NCBI RefSeq assembly: GCF_001194135.2
Contig: NC_068983.1
Location: 74,684,805-74,748,804, forward strand
Source of the DNA: Octopus bimaculoides
Taxonomy: Eukaryota
Direction: 5' to 3'
DNA length: 64,000 nt
Below the pieces are notes generated by a model. That model worked only from the letters and a program-made list of their open reading frames with translations. It made no database searches and was not told where the DNA came from. Shown piece by piece: positions 25,276 through 38,319 of this stretch (position 1 is its first letter; the number at the start of each line of letters is the position of its first letter). The position numbers and the translations under genes are program-made.

Positions 25276-26411
25276 TTTCTTATTCTCCGTTTCTTTCTCT
25301 TCCACGTTTTCTTCATCCTTCCGCTTCTACAGCTGAAAATGCATTCGTGTATTTATGAACCTGTGACTTATTTCAAAAGTAGTCACAGATTTACACTCTT
25401 TGTTTTATTTATAAGTATCTAAATAATATTTACAAGTTCTAAACCCTACAGGAATGACATTATCAATAAATATAGAAATTTACAAATAAAACAAATTCAT
25501 TGATAAATTTGATCGATACACACTAACTTAATCAATGGAGTCAATCTGGTTTATAATGAAGATGAAGTATTCCTGGGAATCAATAGCAACAGCTCTCAAC
25601 TGCAGTTTGAAGGAAATTAGCTCTTTAAGCAAATACTAGGAAGTTTGTATGTATTTTAAGTAGATAATTTTGCTGAGTATAGTCAGAAGTGTATGAAACT
25701 CAAGAGGATTAATATAGTAGCCATTTAAGGAATTTTTAATATCTAATTAATGATCAATAATCTGAAAACGTGACTGTAGAAGTAAATAATTTCACTGTTG
25801 ATCAGCCTATAAATAATCGAGACGAATATATTTCTTTCAATTCTTAGAATTCGAAAACTAGCCAATCATAATACAAATATTATTTTGGTGGGATGCGTAC
25901 TCTACGTTAAATTACTACTATGTATAATATATGTATATATTTGACAGTGTACCTTCTTCCACAGCTAATACATTATATATAAATAATCCAGTAACTCCAC
26001 CTACATAAAACAATAATAAGTTATTATATTTAATGCAGGAAGCATTAAACATTAACAAAATAAAACTAAAATATAACAGGAGTTGCCTCCTATTATATCC
26101 GAAAAATGAAAATATTAGCCACATATATGTTTCTAGTTAGCGTTCTTTCAATATCCCTTTATTATATATGTTAACATTAACTTAACTATTACACATAAAG
26201 TTTATCTAATGACTCTTATTATCTAAAATGCATTTCTAAACTCACACAATCAAACCATATCTCTGTTCGAAATATGCTTTGTAATTTATGATCAATTTTA
26301 ATAGACCAAATCTTCTTAATAGCTTAACAAAAAGTAATAAATCTTAGAGAACATATTAAGATATTTTGAAAGAGCATTCGGAAGTGCATTACTAAACACT
26401 CGTTTTAAAGT

Positions 26412-27420
26412 TTGGGAATCATATTTGTTTATAAGATTTTTTTTTTAATACCAATGACATGCAAATATACCAAAGAATATATTGGCTTAAATGATTTTGG
26501 CATACTATCAAAGATAGCATCTAATGTAGAATTAAATCTTCAGCAATTGATATATTATCCTCGAAACACAATCGAAGTATGTCAAGCATTTGGATTTTTG
26601 TGTTATTTTTTTTATCTCGTTTGCATTTTGCACTGATTTTGAAAACCCAGTTTCAATTTAGCAGTTATCTGTAGAATATTATAATATCGTTAACCACATG
26701 TTTCTTTAATACCAAATGGTGCTCTTGTTCCTATATCAAAATACACAACAACAAAAAGAACATCGTTTATGATAAAACACTTTCTTTGCTACATACTAAG
26801 TTTTGTGTTGAACGTTGTCCTCAAAGTATGTTTCTTTTGGGGCCAGTCACTATTTTGATTTCCTGCAGTGTTTCTATAACTATGGAGCTAAATATGATAT
26901 GTATACCATTCAAAGTTATTGCTTCTGAAAGTCGAGAATTAAAAAAAATCTCGCTCTGTTTATTGGTATGATTTTTGTTTTCGCATTATTGATTCATTCT
27001 TTACCTCTATCAGTATATGTATGCGCTTATATTTGTTTCTTATATATTATTTGTAATAGTTTTCTTGAATTTTGTCTGTGATATATCCCTTGTACATCTG
27101 TAACTCTGCGACTATTGTATTCTTTGGAGATAGCCGGTGGACATGCATACTTTACTGCTGTGCAGAGAAAAATATCTCATTTTCAGAAGTAACTTTGCAA
27201 TTTCATATATGTCTTGTGATTAACTATATTAAAACTGCATGGGAGAGAATCAATGTAATGGTACACACAAATTCGTTTTTTATTTTCTTGTTTGCATTAA
27301 GCCCCTTCGATGCTAGCTACTATGTTCCGTTACTGTATGTTATTCATTCGTCATATTTTTTTCCGGTTTAAATAATTTTCTACTTTTTTGTCCTGGATAT
27401 TATGCATCAATTTCTGAACA
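26412..27420 (+). pseudogene. Possible decayed intronless rhodopsin-type GPCR (weak)
   Basis: Broken frames with ITMELNMICIPFKV (TM3-ICL2-like) and later TM6/TM7-like segments in order; many stops; T-rich strand bias could mimic this. Confidence 0.2.
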
Positions 27421-27450
27421 GTGAATAACGTTGTAATATTTAGATTTACG

Positions 27451-27637
27451 TTAAGGCGACAAAATACTTAGCGGTATTTTGTCTTTACGTTCTGAGTTCA
27501 AATTCCGTTGATATCGACTTTGCTTTTCATCATTTCGGAGTTCGATAAAATAAGTACTAGTTGATCATTGGGGGTCGATATAATTAACTTAAACTCACCC
27601 CGAAATTGCAGGGTTTCTGCCAAGGTTTGAAACCAAT
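27451..27637 (+). mobile_element. SINE family A with a deletion in the head
   Basis: aaaatacttagcggtattttgtctttacgttctgagttcaaattcc...gataaaataagtactagttg...tttgaaaccaatt. Confidence 0.85.
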
Positions 27638-28005
27638 TCTTATACTTATGTTTTTGCTGAACTTTTCGATTGTTTCAAAATATTGATTCAATATGGTTGC
27701 ATAAGCAAACGAACTCAAATAATACATGTGGAATATATAATACGACTTTTATTATGCTGTAACTATACATATTCTATCTTCCGGAGCACTTCAATCAACA
27801 TTATAAACGCAATATAACGATGCGACTGTTATAATAAAATTGTCTGATGATGTCAGTAATGTCATTGATTATCTATGTAACTGCCGAATTTATATTTGTT
27901 ATACTTTATTCTTACAGTTATTATAAATGGTTAGAGATTATTTTCGAATTTCACAAAATTTAATGGTAATAATTAGTGCTCTATAAATATTATTATTATT
28001 ATTAT

Positions 28006-29385
28006 TTACTTTTAATCTGCATGTTTGTTACAATCACTTGCCAAGACACACCCAGCATCCTGGGGCGAGTGAAGGATAAGAGATGTTACATTTTCACTGA
28101 AAGCTTGGGGAGGGGAAGTGGCAGGGGTTGAAGCGAAATTTCTTCATGTAATACAACACAGACATTTAAATGGATAAAGTATTTCTAAGGATGTGGATAG
28201 TACTTGTCAGTACAATCTTTTAGAATTCTCTGAGACATGGTTCACCTGGGACTTTATCTAGATGTTTCTGACGTCTCTTTTTAATCATACCCAGAGCACC
28301 TTCAATAACAGGAACAGTTCTCGCTTTAAGATGCCACATCTTTTGTATTTCAATTTCCAGGTCCTTATATTTACTTAATTTGTCAAATTCTTTTACAGAT
28401 ATATTTTTATCAATGGAAATACGTACATCTATTAGTCTACAAGTGTTTTTTTTTTTGAAGTCTTTAATAATTATGTCTGGTCGATTAGATTGGATTGTTC
28501 TGTCAATGTTGACTGGAAAATCCCAGTAGATAGTGACATTTTTACCTTCAACGACTGGCTCAGGTTAACACTCATACCCGTAAGCAAGAGTGCTGATTTT
28601 TTAGTGTTTACATATTTCCCAATGTAAATGCTGTCCTAGCCTATCGTGGCGATTTTTGTATTCGTTTGAAGAACGTTAGCCTGGTAGTTTCTGGTGATCA
28701 AGCTTTTGATATTGTGCAACCACTATGAAACCTTCAGTCTTTGCTTTCAGTCCTGAACTTCTCAACCATTGATGGGTTGTTGCTTGGTCTACATCAGTAT
28801 TTCGACTTCGAAGTGCATATTGTCCATGCAGAGGCTTCTGGCTCGACCGCTCCTCAATTTGTTTCTTAACGTTCTTTTTTGCAGCTTGCTTGATCCGTTT
28901 TGTTTCTTTTGTGGCAGCGGTTTCCAGTTTTTAAAATATTTCAGTGTTAATGCCAAGTTCCCTTGCGGATTTGCAAGCTTCCTTGACAATAGAATATGAT
29001 TTCTTGCTGCTTTCGTGTTTGCAGAAGAGCTGCAGCGTCCAGTCCTCTGTACTAGATAATTACCTGTTCACTGCTATTGTCACCCAGCTGGGTACTGCAC
29101 CTTCCTGCAAGCACCCATCTAGCTGTTGCGCTATCCTTTCATGGAGCCCTCTTGGCTTCTTCATCCAATAATCTTGGACCCCATCCGGTCCTTATCTCCC
29201 CGAACTTGGGATATTTTTAACTGTTTCTTTTTAATATTTTCTGTAGTTGTCTTTATCTTCTTGGCCTTCTATATTTCTTAACCTATCTTGGGTATCATAT
29301 AGCCACTCCGCTTCATCATTATGCTCTGCATGTTGGTCCCAGATCCCTCTCCAGAATGCCCTGCTCTCCTCTGACTAGCAAAAAC
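28006..29385 (-). mobile_element. R4/Dong-like non-LTR element with internal deletion
   Basis: AFWRGIWDQH, GPDGVQDYWMKK, KPLHGQY, RLE PDII..ID.SIP...SVKEFDKLSKYKDLEIEI..MW; (TAA)5 at the 3' end. Confidence 0.85.
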
Positions 29386-30641
29386 ATTTTATTCAACCGA
29401 ATAATGTGAAAAGTGATCGAGAGATGGTGTAGGTCACATATCTCTGTATGACGCAGAACGAACCAGTTTTCTGATGCCATCAAAAGAAAATTCTGAAATA
29501 GCTCTAGCTGATGTGCAGACCAATATCTTTTCTATGAATCGGGGTAGATCTTACTAAACTTTATGCTTTGCTTTCATAATTGAGATCAGTGTAAAGAAGC
29601 AAACCGAACTGGTGTGTCAAGTCCCTGGCCATATACTGGTTCCGCAGTATATATGCTGGGTGCCAATGTACGTATACATACTAATGACCACAAAGACTAA
29701 AGAGTTACTAAGTTATTCTTAATCTGTGAGAGAGAGAGGGGGGGTGAAAGAAAATGCCAGGGGACTAGTGATTAAGGCTGAAGGCTGAGTGACCACACGT
29801 CATTAAATAAGATTTGTGGACTTTTTCCCGAAATCGGATATCTGCCAACAAGCTTTCTTCCACGATCTGTCGTCTCAACATCAGCAATACTTCATAGAAA
29901 CGAGTAAGAAAGTGTGGGTTTAGTGCTATAAGCGTTCAGATTGCTTCCCTAATATCTGGTCTATTGTTCGGTGACTGCCCGTGGAGCTGGCCACCTTGTC
30001 TGCAAACATCATACGGTAACTCACATTCTTCTTCGAAAGTGAAAATATGTTAGTTTCGATATTCGGTGATTCCCTTAGTTGGTACTACCATTACCATTAT
30101 CGACATTCGGTGATGATTTTTTTCTGCTATGGAGCAAACAAGAAATTTCTGCTAGCAGCTGGAGACAATGTGTGAAAAATATATTTCAGGTAAAACTTAA
30201 TTAGTAAATCCTAGGCCGTGTTCGAGTAGTTTGAGCCGGTTCAGATAGATTACTTCCCGAAAGTACTTGGGAAAAAGAAACAAAAATGAACATCAGAATC
30301 AACAGCAAGTGCCAGAAGTTAGTGTCTCCAGAGCACCATTAATTTGCACAAACCATTGTTGCAAAAAAAATCACATAAATCTCTCTTCAGTCCCAGACGC
30401 CAACGACGAAGAAGTCAAATACTCTTGTACCATGTAGTAAAGGGAAAAAGGAATAGGACGCCTGCTCCACTTGTTTGAGGGTTTTTTTTCAAACGAAGTA
30501 TTGAGGGAGGATTTGAATGATCTACAGGAAGAGTTAAGTAAATATTTGTGATGAAACAGACTCCCATCGCGTGGAGCATCAGAAGATAAGTTTCTTGTGA
30601 AAACCCTTTTTGGTTAATGCTGTCCTAAAGTTATTTATCCA

Positions 30642-30730
30642 TTATTTGTTATAAAACAAAAGTTATTAATACATTATTTGTTATAAAACAACTGAAGTTA
30701 TTTATAAATTATTTGTTATAAAACAACTTT
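30642..30730. repeat. Three imperfect tandem copies of attatttgttataaaacaa
   Basis: Direct reading. Confidence 0.85.
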
Positions 30731-30959
30731 CTATCTACATAATGCCTTGTCTACCTATATTAGTAGTGAGTATAATATTTCTACGTAAGATTTTAGATGA
30801 TGTATTCTTTAAGCAGCAGTTATCTTTTTGCTTTCTGTGTAGGATTGTTAATTCATTTAGTATCGAATGGAGAGTATCATAACTATAACTTATTAATGGG
30901 ACATCCAGATTATTGACAATCATTATCTTACATGTTACAGTTAACTGCGCCCTCCTTGT

Positions 30960-32450
30960 TTTTAGCATCAAGCTCGTACATGTATGATATTCCTTTCTAG
31001 TTTATTACTTCCATTTGCCTATTTCATTAATTGCTAATATTTATAATTCCTTTTGATTAGTGTAATCGTCTTATCTCTGTCTCATTATCTAACATGGTAG
31101 CGCTCTTAATTAATTTCTCCATCTGCGATGTTGCCTTAAGCCATTTTTCTCATTCTAATTTAATGTCAATACTTCCAATAAATTTGTGAAGTTTCTGTAA
31201 TGGTTTTTCTGTTTGTTTATTGCCTGAAACATATAGCTCGAGGTCGTCCATCATTTAAATCATATCTGCTTTAACATGTTGCATACGTTTTTGCGCTAAG
31301 AAGAATGGGGGTGTTGAGAGCGAGCCACCTCGAAGTATTTCTCTGTAGATGAAGCTAATGTTTATGATTTGCTATATCATCATTCTCGCACATTTAGATG
31401 GCTATTTACATACTCTGAGACAGTCAGGTGTCGGTTCCAGCTTGCTTCTTCAGTATTTTCTTAAATATCTCTATAATATAACTTTTTATGTCCTTACTCT
31501 TTTACTCTTACTTGTTTCAGCCATTTGAATGTGGCCATGCTGGAGCACCACCTTTAGTCGAGCACATCGACCCCAGGACTTATTCTTTGTAAGCCTTGTA
31601 CTTATTCTATCGGTCGCTTTTGCAGAACCGCTAAGTTACGGGGACGTAAACACACCAGCATCGGTTGTCAAGCGATGTTGGGGGGACAAGCACAGACACA
31701 CAGACATATACACACACATACATATATATATACATATATACGACGGGGGGGGGGGGCTTCTTTCAGTTTCCGTCTACCAAATCCACTCACAAGGCTTTGG
31801 TCGGCCTGAGGCTATAGTAGAAGACACTTGCCCAATATGCTACGTAGTATGACTGAACCCGGAACCGTGCGGTTCATAAGTAAGCTGCTTATCACACAGC
31901 CACTCCTATGCCTATTTGTCCTTGATAAATATTTAAACCATTTTGGGTTTTACTTAAGCCTTTGTAGAATCTGGATCATTTGTATTTACATGGTATTTTG
32001 CAGTTGTCCAGTTCCTGTGTTTGTTGTTTTGAATAAGTGCATTTTCTTCACTCATGATACTGTTCCCCACAAATTCTTCTACTTCGCTTGCTTTCTATTT
32101 CTAAACAGTTTTGTGTTGGAGTCGATCTGTCTGATTTGTTCAAATGATCTTTGTCACTATTCGTAACGAAAAAATCTCTTGTTTAAAGCGTTCTTGATTT
32201 TGGATAATTCTTTTTTACTTTTATTTCTTGGTTTCCTTTTTTTACTGTGACTTTACATTGTTATTTCAATTAGTGTTGAGAGATCTTTTATTTTCTTTAT
32301 CTTTCTATGTTTGTTTTACATGCTTTTTGCTTGGTTTGTTGTATTCTCATATGAGTAGATCCAAAAGAGCTTCCGCTTTCCGTTGTAACTGCCATGGCTG
32401 CTGCATACATTATTTCGTTTAACTTTTGATGTTTGTCTCCATTTTCAATA
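30960..32450 (-). mobile_element. R4/Dong-like N-terminal-to-RT region, interrupted by a SINE
   Basis: LNEIMYAAAMAVT, EVEEF, degenerate GDSLSP-like region and MMDDLELY (YxDD). Confidence 0.65.
31494..31914 (-). mobile_element. tRNA-type SINE family B, full length, 7-bp TSD
   Basis: Head taggcataggagtggctgtgtgataag..ggttccgggttcagtc, core ttgggcaagtgtcttctactatagcc, internal (TG/TA)n; tgtcctt at 31489-31495 and 31917-31923. Confidence 0.9.
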
Positions 32451-33480
32451 AGATTACTTTGGTCAGGTTTGTGTTTATTATGACTACTGTTACATCCTTA
32501 TTGAGCTTTATATTCTCGTTCTTCTAAACTATTCTGCAATGATTTCTACTTTTAATTCAGTATATTTCGAGATTTTCTATTTCTTTCCGTACCATGTTAT
32601 TTTCTGAAGAAATGCCAACGTGCGCTATGAGACATTCTCTTTTTTCCTTATCATGTATATCATGTATAATATCTGGCATACGTTGTTTAAATATTTTATC
32701 CGTCTGGATGTGAAAATCATGTCGTCTTTTGGCTTACTAGGTTCATTTAGAGCTCTCTATAGTACATAATTGTACTACTTCCTGGAAGTGTTGCACCTAA
32801 AATTTCTTATTCAGTGATCAGAATAAAATGAGATGAACCTCTTGATTCTGTCCTTTGTATTTTTAGCTGAACAAACGTTTTACAATCTGCTACAATATCA
32901 TTAATATTTTCGACTGGATGGTTACATAAGCAACATTTATTTATTGTGAAGTAGTGCACTAAATATCCCGGTTCACTGAATTAGTATTAAATGTTTGATC
33001 TTGAGCTGCTACAAACTCCTAGTTTCTCTTTTTAAATCCCTACTCTGGATTCACTCCACTTTTATCTTTTCGAAATGTAAAAGTTTTTCATGATTCAAGA
33101 TTTTTTTCACATTCTTGATAGCTCTATGTCCATATAACAGCGTTTCTTATAAGTTTCCTTTCTTTGAAAAATTATTCTATTTCCGCATACTCAACACAAG
33201 CCCCAGTTCTAGTGCTGCAATTTTAGCGAGCTCTTCATTCACTCTTTGCTAGGTAGCGTTTTATTGACCGTTGGTTTCCATCCATATAATCAGAATGGCT
33301 AATATATTTTCTTTCCCCCCCCCCAACATTACGTTCCATACATAAAGTATTGGCATATGCTATCGGATGAAGCATTCCATTCATAGATTATGCATCTATT
33401 TTCATATTTTGTCCGGTTCACTATTCCAGTACTATGACATACCTCGTAATCTTCCAGATATTGACCGTATGTATCGAATT
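32450..33480 (-). mobile_element. R4/Dong-like C-terminal region (post-RT plus RLE)
   Basis: FHIQTDKIFKQRMPDII....KEKRECLI....SSENNMVRKEIE.LE.YTELKVEI. Confidence 0.7.
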
Positions 33481-34879
33481 CTATCTGTTTAGTTGGAACT
33501 TCAACCTAAGCTTTAATCTATTGAAATATATTGTTTTCACTTTTCCTTCATGTTTTATACATAATATCATTACCTTCCAATACTCCTACTTGTATCAACT
33601 GCCATAAATTCATAACGATTCGTTCGTACCTACCAATCCATTTTAATGAGCTCTCTACTCTCACTTTAATATCTAACGTCGCACAATTTGATATACCAAA
33701 CTCCATTCGAATGTAGCTGCAACATACCTTTACAGTGTTAACATATTCTCAGTTTGAGACCCATGTTGACGTTCCTAAGTATCATTACGATAGTTATTAG
33801 TGCAGTACAATTAACAAGTCGTAGAAACAGTCAACATGGAAGACACCAATTTTAACAGCTACACTTCACGGTGATTTCCTCTTCAGCGTGTTATAGCAGC
33901 ACTGAAAGCATTGAGGTTTTTCAGTTATTCCAGAGATTCTACGTAACACTACAATTCAAGAATGTGATACCATGTCCTCTGCCGTTTTGAAGCCAATCTA
34001 GGCCATGCACAAATTAGGCTGCCTTACTTCGCGTTCATTATCATTTTGTCGATAAGAGGAAGGGCTTGAGCTTTATAGAGTGTCATCAATAATTGGTGCC
34101 TTTTGAATGTTTCTTGTGCTATGTCAGTTCAACAGGTAGCATATGGGTCTACATCAAATGTTTGTATGCCTTCTCAACAAAATTTCCTGTTAGTAACTGC
34201 CATAAAATGCAGGTGTTCTGAAGATAATTATCTGAGGTATTTTCTTTTAAAAGATATTTCGTAATCAAAGCTTTTTACCCCTTTCCAATCCATTGCAATA
34301 AACTTCTTTGTATTTCATATTTAGATAATTTTCGATTATAATAAATGCTGTTAGGTCTATATAAATTCTGTTCAATACCCGTCCTGCATTGTATAATGTT
34401 TTATGCAAAATATGAGCACTTACCTGGAGAGCTATTTTCTAGACAGAATTTAGAAGGTCTCCTGAGCAAATCTTCGATATTTTTCAATATTTCACAATGC
34501 GTAATGCTCCTTTACGTAATTAGGATTTTTCTTGTATTTATTTTCCATTTTTAGATTTTTATATTTATGCTTCGAAATATTCATTTGTTATATCACAAAG
34601 ACTATATTATAACATACAAGGCTGATAAATGTTTTGAGAGGGTGTTCCAATGATATTTACAATCCCTAGTATTACTAGTTTCTGGTTACCTTTCTTTTTA
34701 TAAGAAGGTTAAAGATTTGTATTCTTACTGAATTGTCTTCAATTTATCTGAAGACAATTCAGTCAAAAAACGAATTTATTTGAAGAATTGTGTTTTAGAA
34801 GAATTTCCCACGCTTTTACCTTTAAAATAGTATAGCTTGCATCGTTAATGATTGTATTCTGAATCTGATATTTAAGATT

Positions 34880-35130
34880 AAGTAGTCTTCTCTGTCTTTG
34901 TCTTCTTGGAATGTACAACCGCCAAATACAATATATATGCTGTATATGAAAGTAGTTTTTTTTTGCAGTAAATTTCTAATATGGTATTATTAATTCTGCT
35001 TAAATATATGCCTGTACAACAAATTAATATGCAGTGTCTTGAGCTAGGAAAGGTGTTCATAATGTTGATGGCATCCATAAAATTCCTGCTATTCAAATGT
35101 GGTTTCATAACGTTTTGTTTATTTCTGAGT
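34880..35130 (-). mobile_element. R4/Dong-like post-RT fragment
   Basis: HLNSRNFMDAIN resembles the LNxxNxxxAIN motif. Confidence 0.45.
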
Positions 35131-35829
35131 TACATATTTGAGATATAGCTTCACAGATTATATATTTTTAAAATACTTACTCGACTATATGATTTTCGAT
35201 TAACTAATACAAGTTATTTGGTAGTTACCCTAATAACAGTTTATGGCAATTTTTTCTAAATAGTATTTTCTATTATAGTATTTTCTATAATATTTTCTAT
35301 AATATTGTCTAAATAAATATCTTCTGAAGCTCTCCAACAAGATCATATCTACTTTTATACTCAAGCTGACTTCTTTTACTACATTGATTTCTCATATACA
35401 TCGTATATACTTTCCACTCCTATATAACTTTGCTTTATGCTAAGCGTTGTTTAGTTTCGAAGCTAATCTTTTCTTGGAAAAATTAGTGTGCATGTATGTA
35501 TGTAAATATGTATGTATGCATATATGCATGTGTGCATATATGTATGCCATTATTCAGTTCTATTGCAAGATTTCTTGCCAACAGTGAAAGAGCCAGTTTC
35601 TAACCTAGTTCCAAAGCTCCTTCATTGGAATTTCAACATGAACAGAGTATTTTTGCATGTATGTATATGTGCAGCATTTGGAGTCAATGCATGTGCATAC
35701 TTGTATGTTTTGTTCTATGTATACATTCTCATGCATATAAATGCACGTCTAGACATGCGCTTATATGATGAAATTTTGGTAAGTTTTACAGATTTTTACA
35801 GTTCTAGTATTAGCTTGGATCTGTAGATT

Positions 35830-36110
35830 TCGAATCACCTTCTTTCTGGTTTTGAGAAGAGTAATATATCAATATTAGTACTTAGGTAATGTATTACGTA
35901 TCCTAGTACCTCGATAATTACAGGTATAAACCTGAACTTGTATTCTTGATAGAGTAACTGTAGATTCCTCAATAGTTCAGCATAGGTATTTTCTTTTCCG
36001 CTGATCTTTAGCTTTATGCTAACATCCGCTGGGCAGCTGAATTCCGTAACTGTACACAGTTTCTCTTCTCTCTCCCAAATCACAATGTCAGGCTTCTTAT
36101 CTTTACATTT
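35830..36110 (-). mobile_element. RLE domain of a second non-LTR family (NeSL/CRE/HERO-like)
   Basis: KPDIVIWER..K.CTVTEFSCPADV..K.K...KE..Y..L.RNLQLLY..Y.F..IPVII..LG. Confidence 0.75.
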
Positions 36111-36499
36111 GATGTATGTATGTATTATGTATGTATGCATGTATGTATGCATATTTTACTGCTTAGTTTATAACTTCGTTGTCATGTTTTTTTTATACCA
36201 GAACACTTCAATATTATGTTTTTTTTCAAAAGTTAATACATTTTTGTAGTATCTATTATTTATAAAAGGTAGATATATTTATGAAAACAATCATGTATAT
36301 TCATAGATTTAAGTCTCACCGCAAGGTCATTAGGAAAGGAAACTCTTTGTCATCGTGTTCCTCAGGGTTCGACCATAGCGCGCGAAGCGCTTAATGTCTT
36401 TTACTATAGATTACTATTTATTCTTGTCTTCCCAAACCTTGAGAAACTTTCTGGATAAATGGAAACTGAGAGGGAACTTTTGAAATTCCTAACAGAAGA

Positions 36500-36670
36500 T
36501 TAGAAGGCTATCATGCTTAATTTACAATTCAATTATAAATAAATTCACTGGAAGAACAAATGGAACATTCGTTCGAGGAAATCGAAAACAAACACTATAA
36601 TCAGTTGGTTTATATAAATCAATAATTTTGGATTTTTGACAAAGAATACAGAAAACCCTGTATTGTCTTT
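36500..36670 (-). mobile_element. Penelope-like RT/thumb fragment
   Basis: KIIDLYKPTD...F..P..NVPF.L resembles TDIYYKPTD..HP..NIPF.LA. Confidence 0.5.
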
Positions 36671-37985
36671 GTAAATGGTATTTAAACTTACACAAAGCTG
36701 TCATATTTTAATCAGAACTGTAAAGTAATTATATTTCCAGAAGCTCATTTACAATGCTAGACATTATATATAATGGTTTGTAACATTGGAAAAAGACTCT
36801 CATATTTTGGAAGAGGGGTGTTGTCATTGTAATCGAACCAAGTACCTAACTAGCAGGTATACATTTCACCAAGCAACAATGAATGGAAGAAAAAGTTGAC
36901 TTTGTAGAGATTTGAACCCCGAACATAATGAGGGTGTACTTGTATATTTAAAGGGAGTTTTTCTGATCCACTACAGATTTTTCCTCCGAACTACTTATTT
37001 GACAATATAAACAAAGAGGACACTTTAACACTCTACTTGCGTGAGATAAATTCTGCTTTTCTATTAAAAGCATGTATTAGATTATCACATTTATTTTCGA
37101 ACACGTCATAATCTTTGTGATAAACTTCTCTGTATATAATGTTACCTTTATGATCACGAAACACATTATTTAGGAGTCATGAAGCATATCAGGAGCGTTT
37201 CCTTTAAACGTAAGCCAAGGCAAGATTTCTACACCAATTGCTCGCATCTTGTCAGGATACAGCTATATTGAAAATATGCAGTGTAAACTGTAAAAATCAA
37301 TTTGCTTAGGAATGAAAATAGTTAACTCGTTTATCTCATAACAGTCCTACAAAAAGCACAAATCTACTTATCTGTTTAATCGCGCAGTAAATAACGAAAT
37401 GAAAAAACAACTTCGATAGAGCATAAAAAAATGAAATAGTCAGAAGAAAATGTAAGAACAATGATATTAAACAGAAAAAGGAAATAGGAATGCTGTAAAA
37501 TAAATAGTAAGGTGATATCGAAATAATGTAATATAAACTTCCAAGATCTCGGGAGAACGCTGAAAAATGACAACTGCAACCATAGATTGCTCGTTATTCT
37601 CACGTGTGAGTATGTAACTAAATATTTATTTGCGTCAGTTATGTATATACATGTATATATGTGTGTGCGTTTGTGCATGTATCTATGCATACATATATAA
37701 ACGTATAAACATCTACACATTCAGATCTACGTACGGAAATATATAGATGTATGTATATATATANNNNNNNNNNNNNNNNNNNNNNNNNNNNNNNNNNNNN
37801 NNNNNNNNNNNNNNNNNNNNNNNNNNNNNNNNNNNNNNNNNNNNNNNNNNNNNNNNNNNNNNNNNNNNNNNNNNNNNNNNNNNNNNNNNNNNNNNNNNNN
37901 NNNNNNNNNNNNNNNNNNNNNNNNNNNNNNNNNNNNNNNNNNNNNNNNNNNNNNNNNNNNNNNNNNNNNNNNNNNNNNNNNNNNN

Positions 37986-38018
<33 letters not shown>

Positions 38019-38319
38019 TGTGTGTGTGTATATATATACATCAATCTATATGTATATATGCATGCATATATACACTCACAAGCACACATAGAAGCACACA
38101 TACCCACACACATTTACACACACACACTCACACACATACACACATACATATACACATACACCCACACTTATGTGTGTATGTATATTTGCGCGCGCATCTG
38201 TCCATGTGTTTTGTTGAAAACGTAAAAAAGAAAGATAACGTTTTTTGAACAATCCGTTCCAAACGTTTCCTTGAAGAGGTAAGTTTCTAAATACCTCAGA
38301 AGTAGCATAAAGTGCTCAA

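Noticed and set aside
31828-33716. Hydrophobic plus-strand ORFs resembling membrane proteins
   Set aside because: Antisense of A-rich R4/Dong sequence
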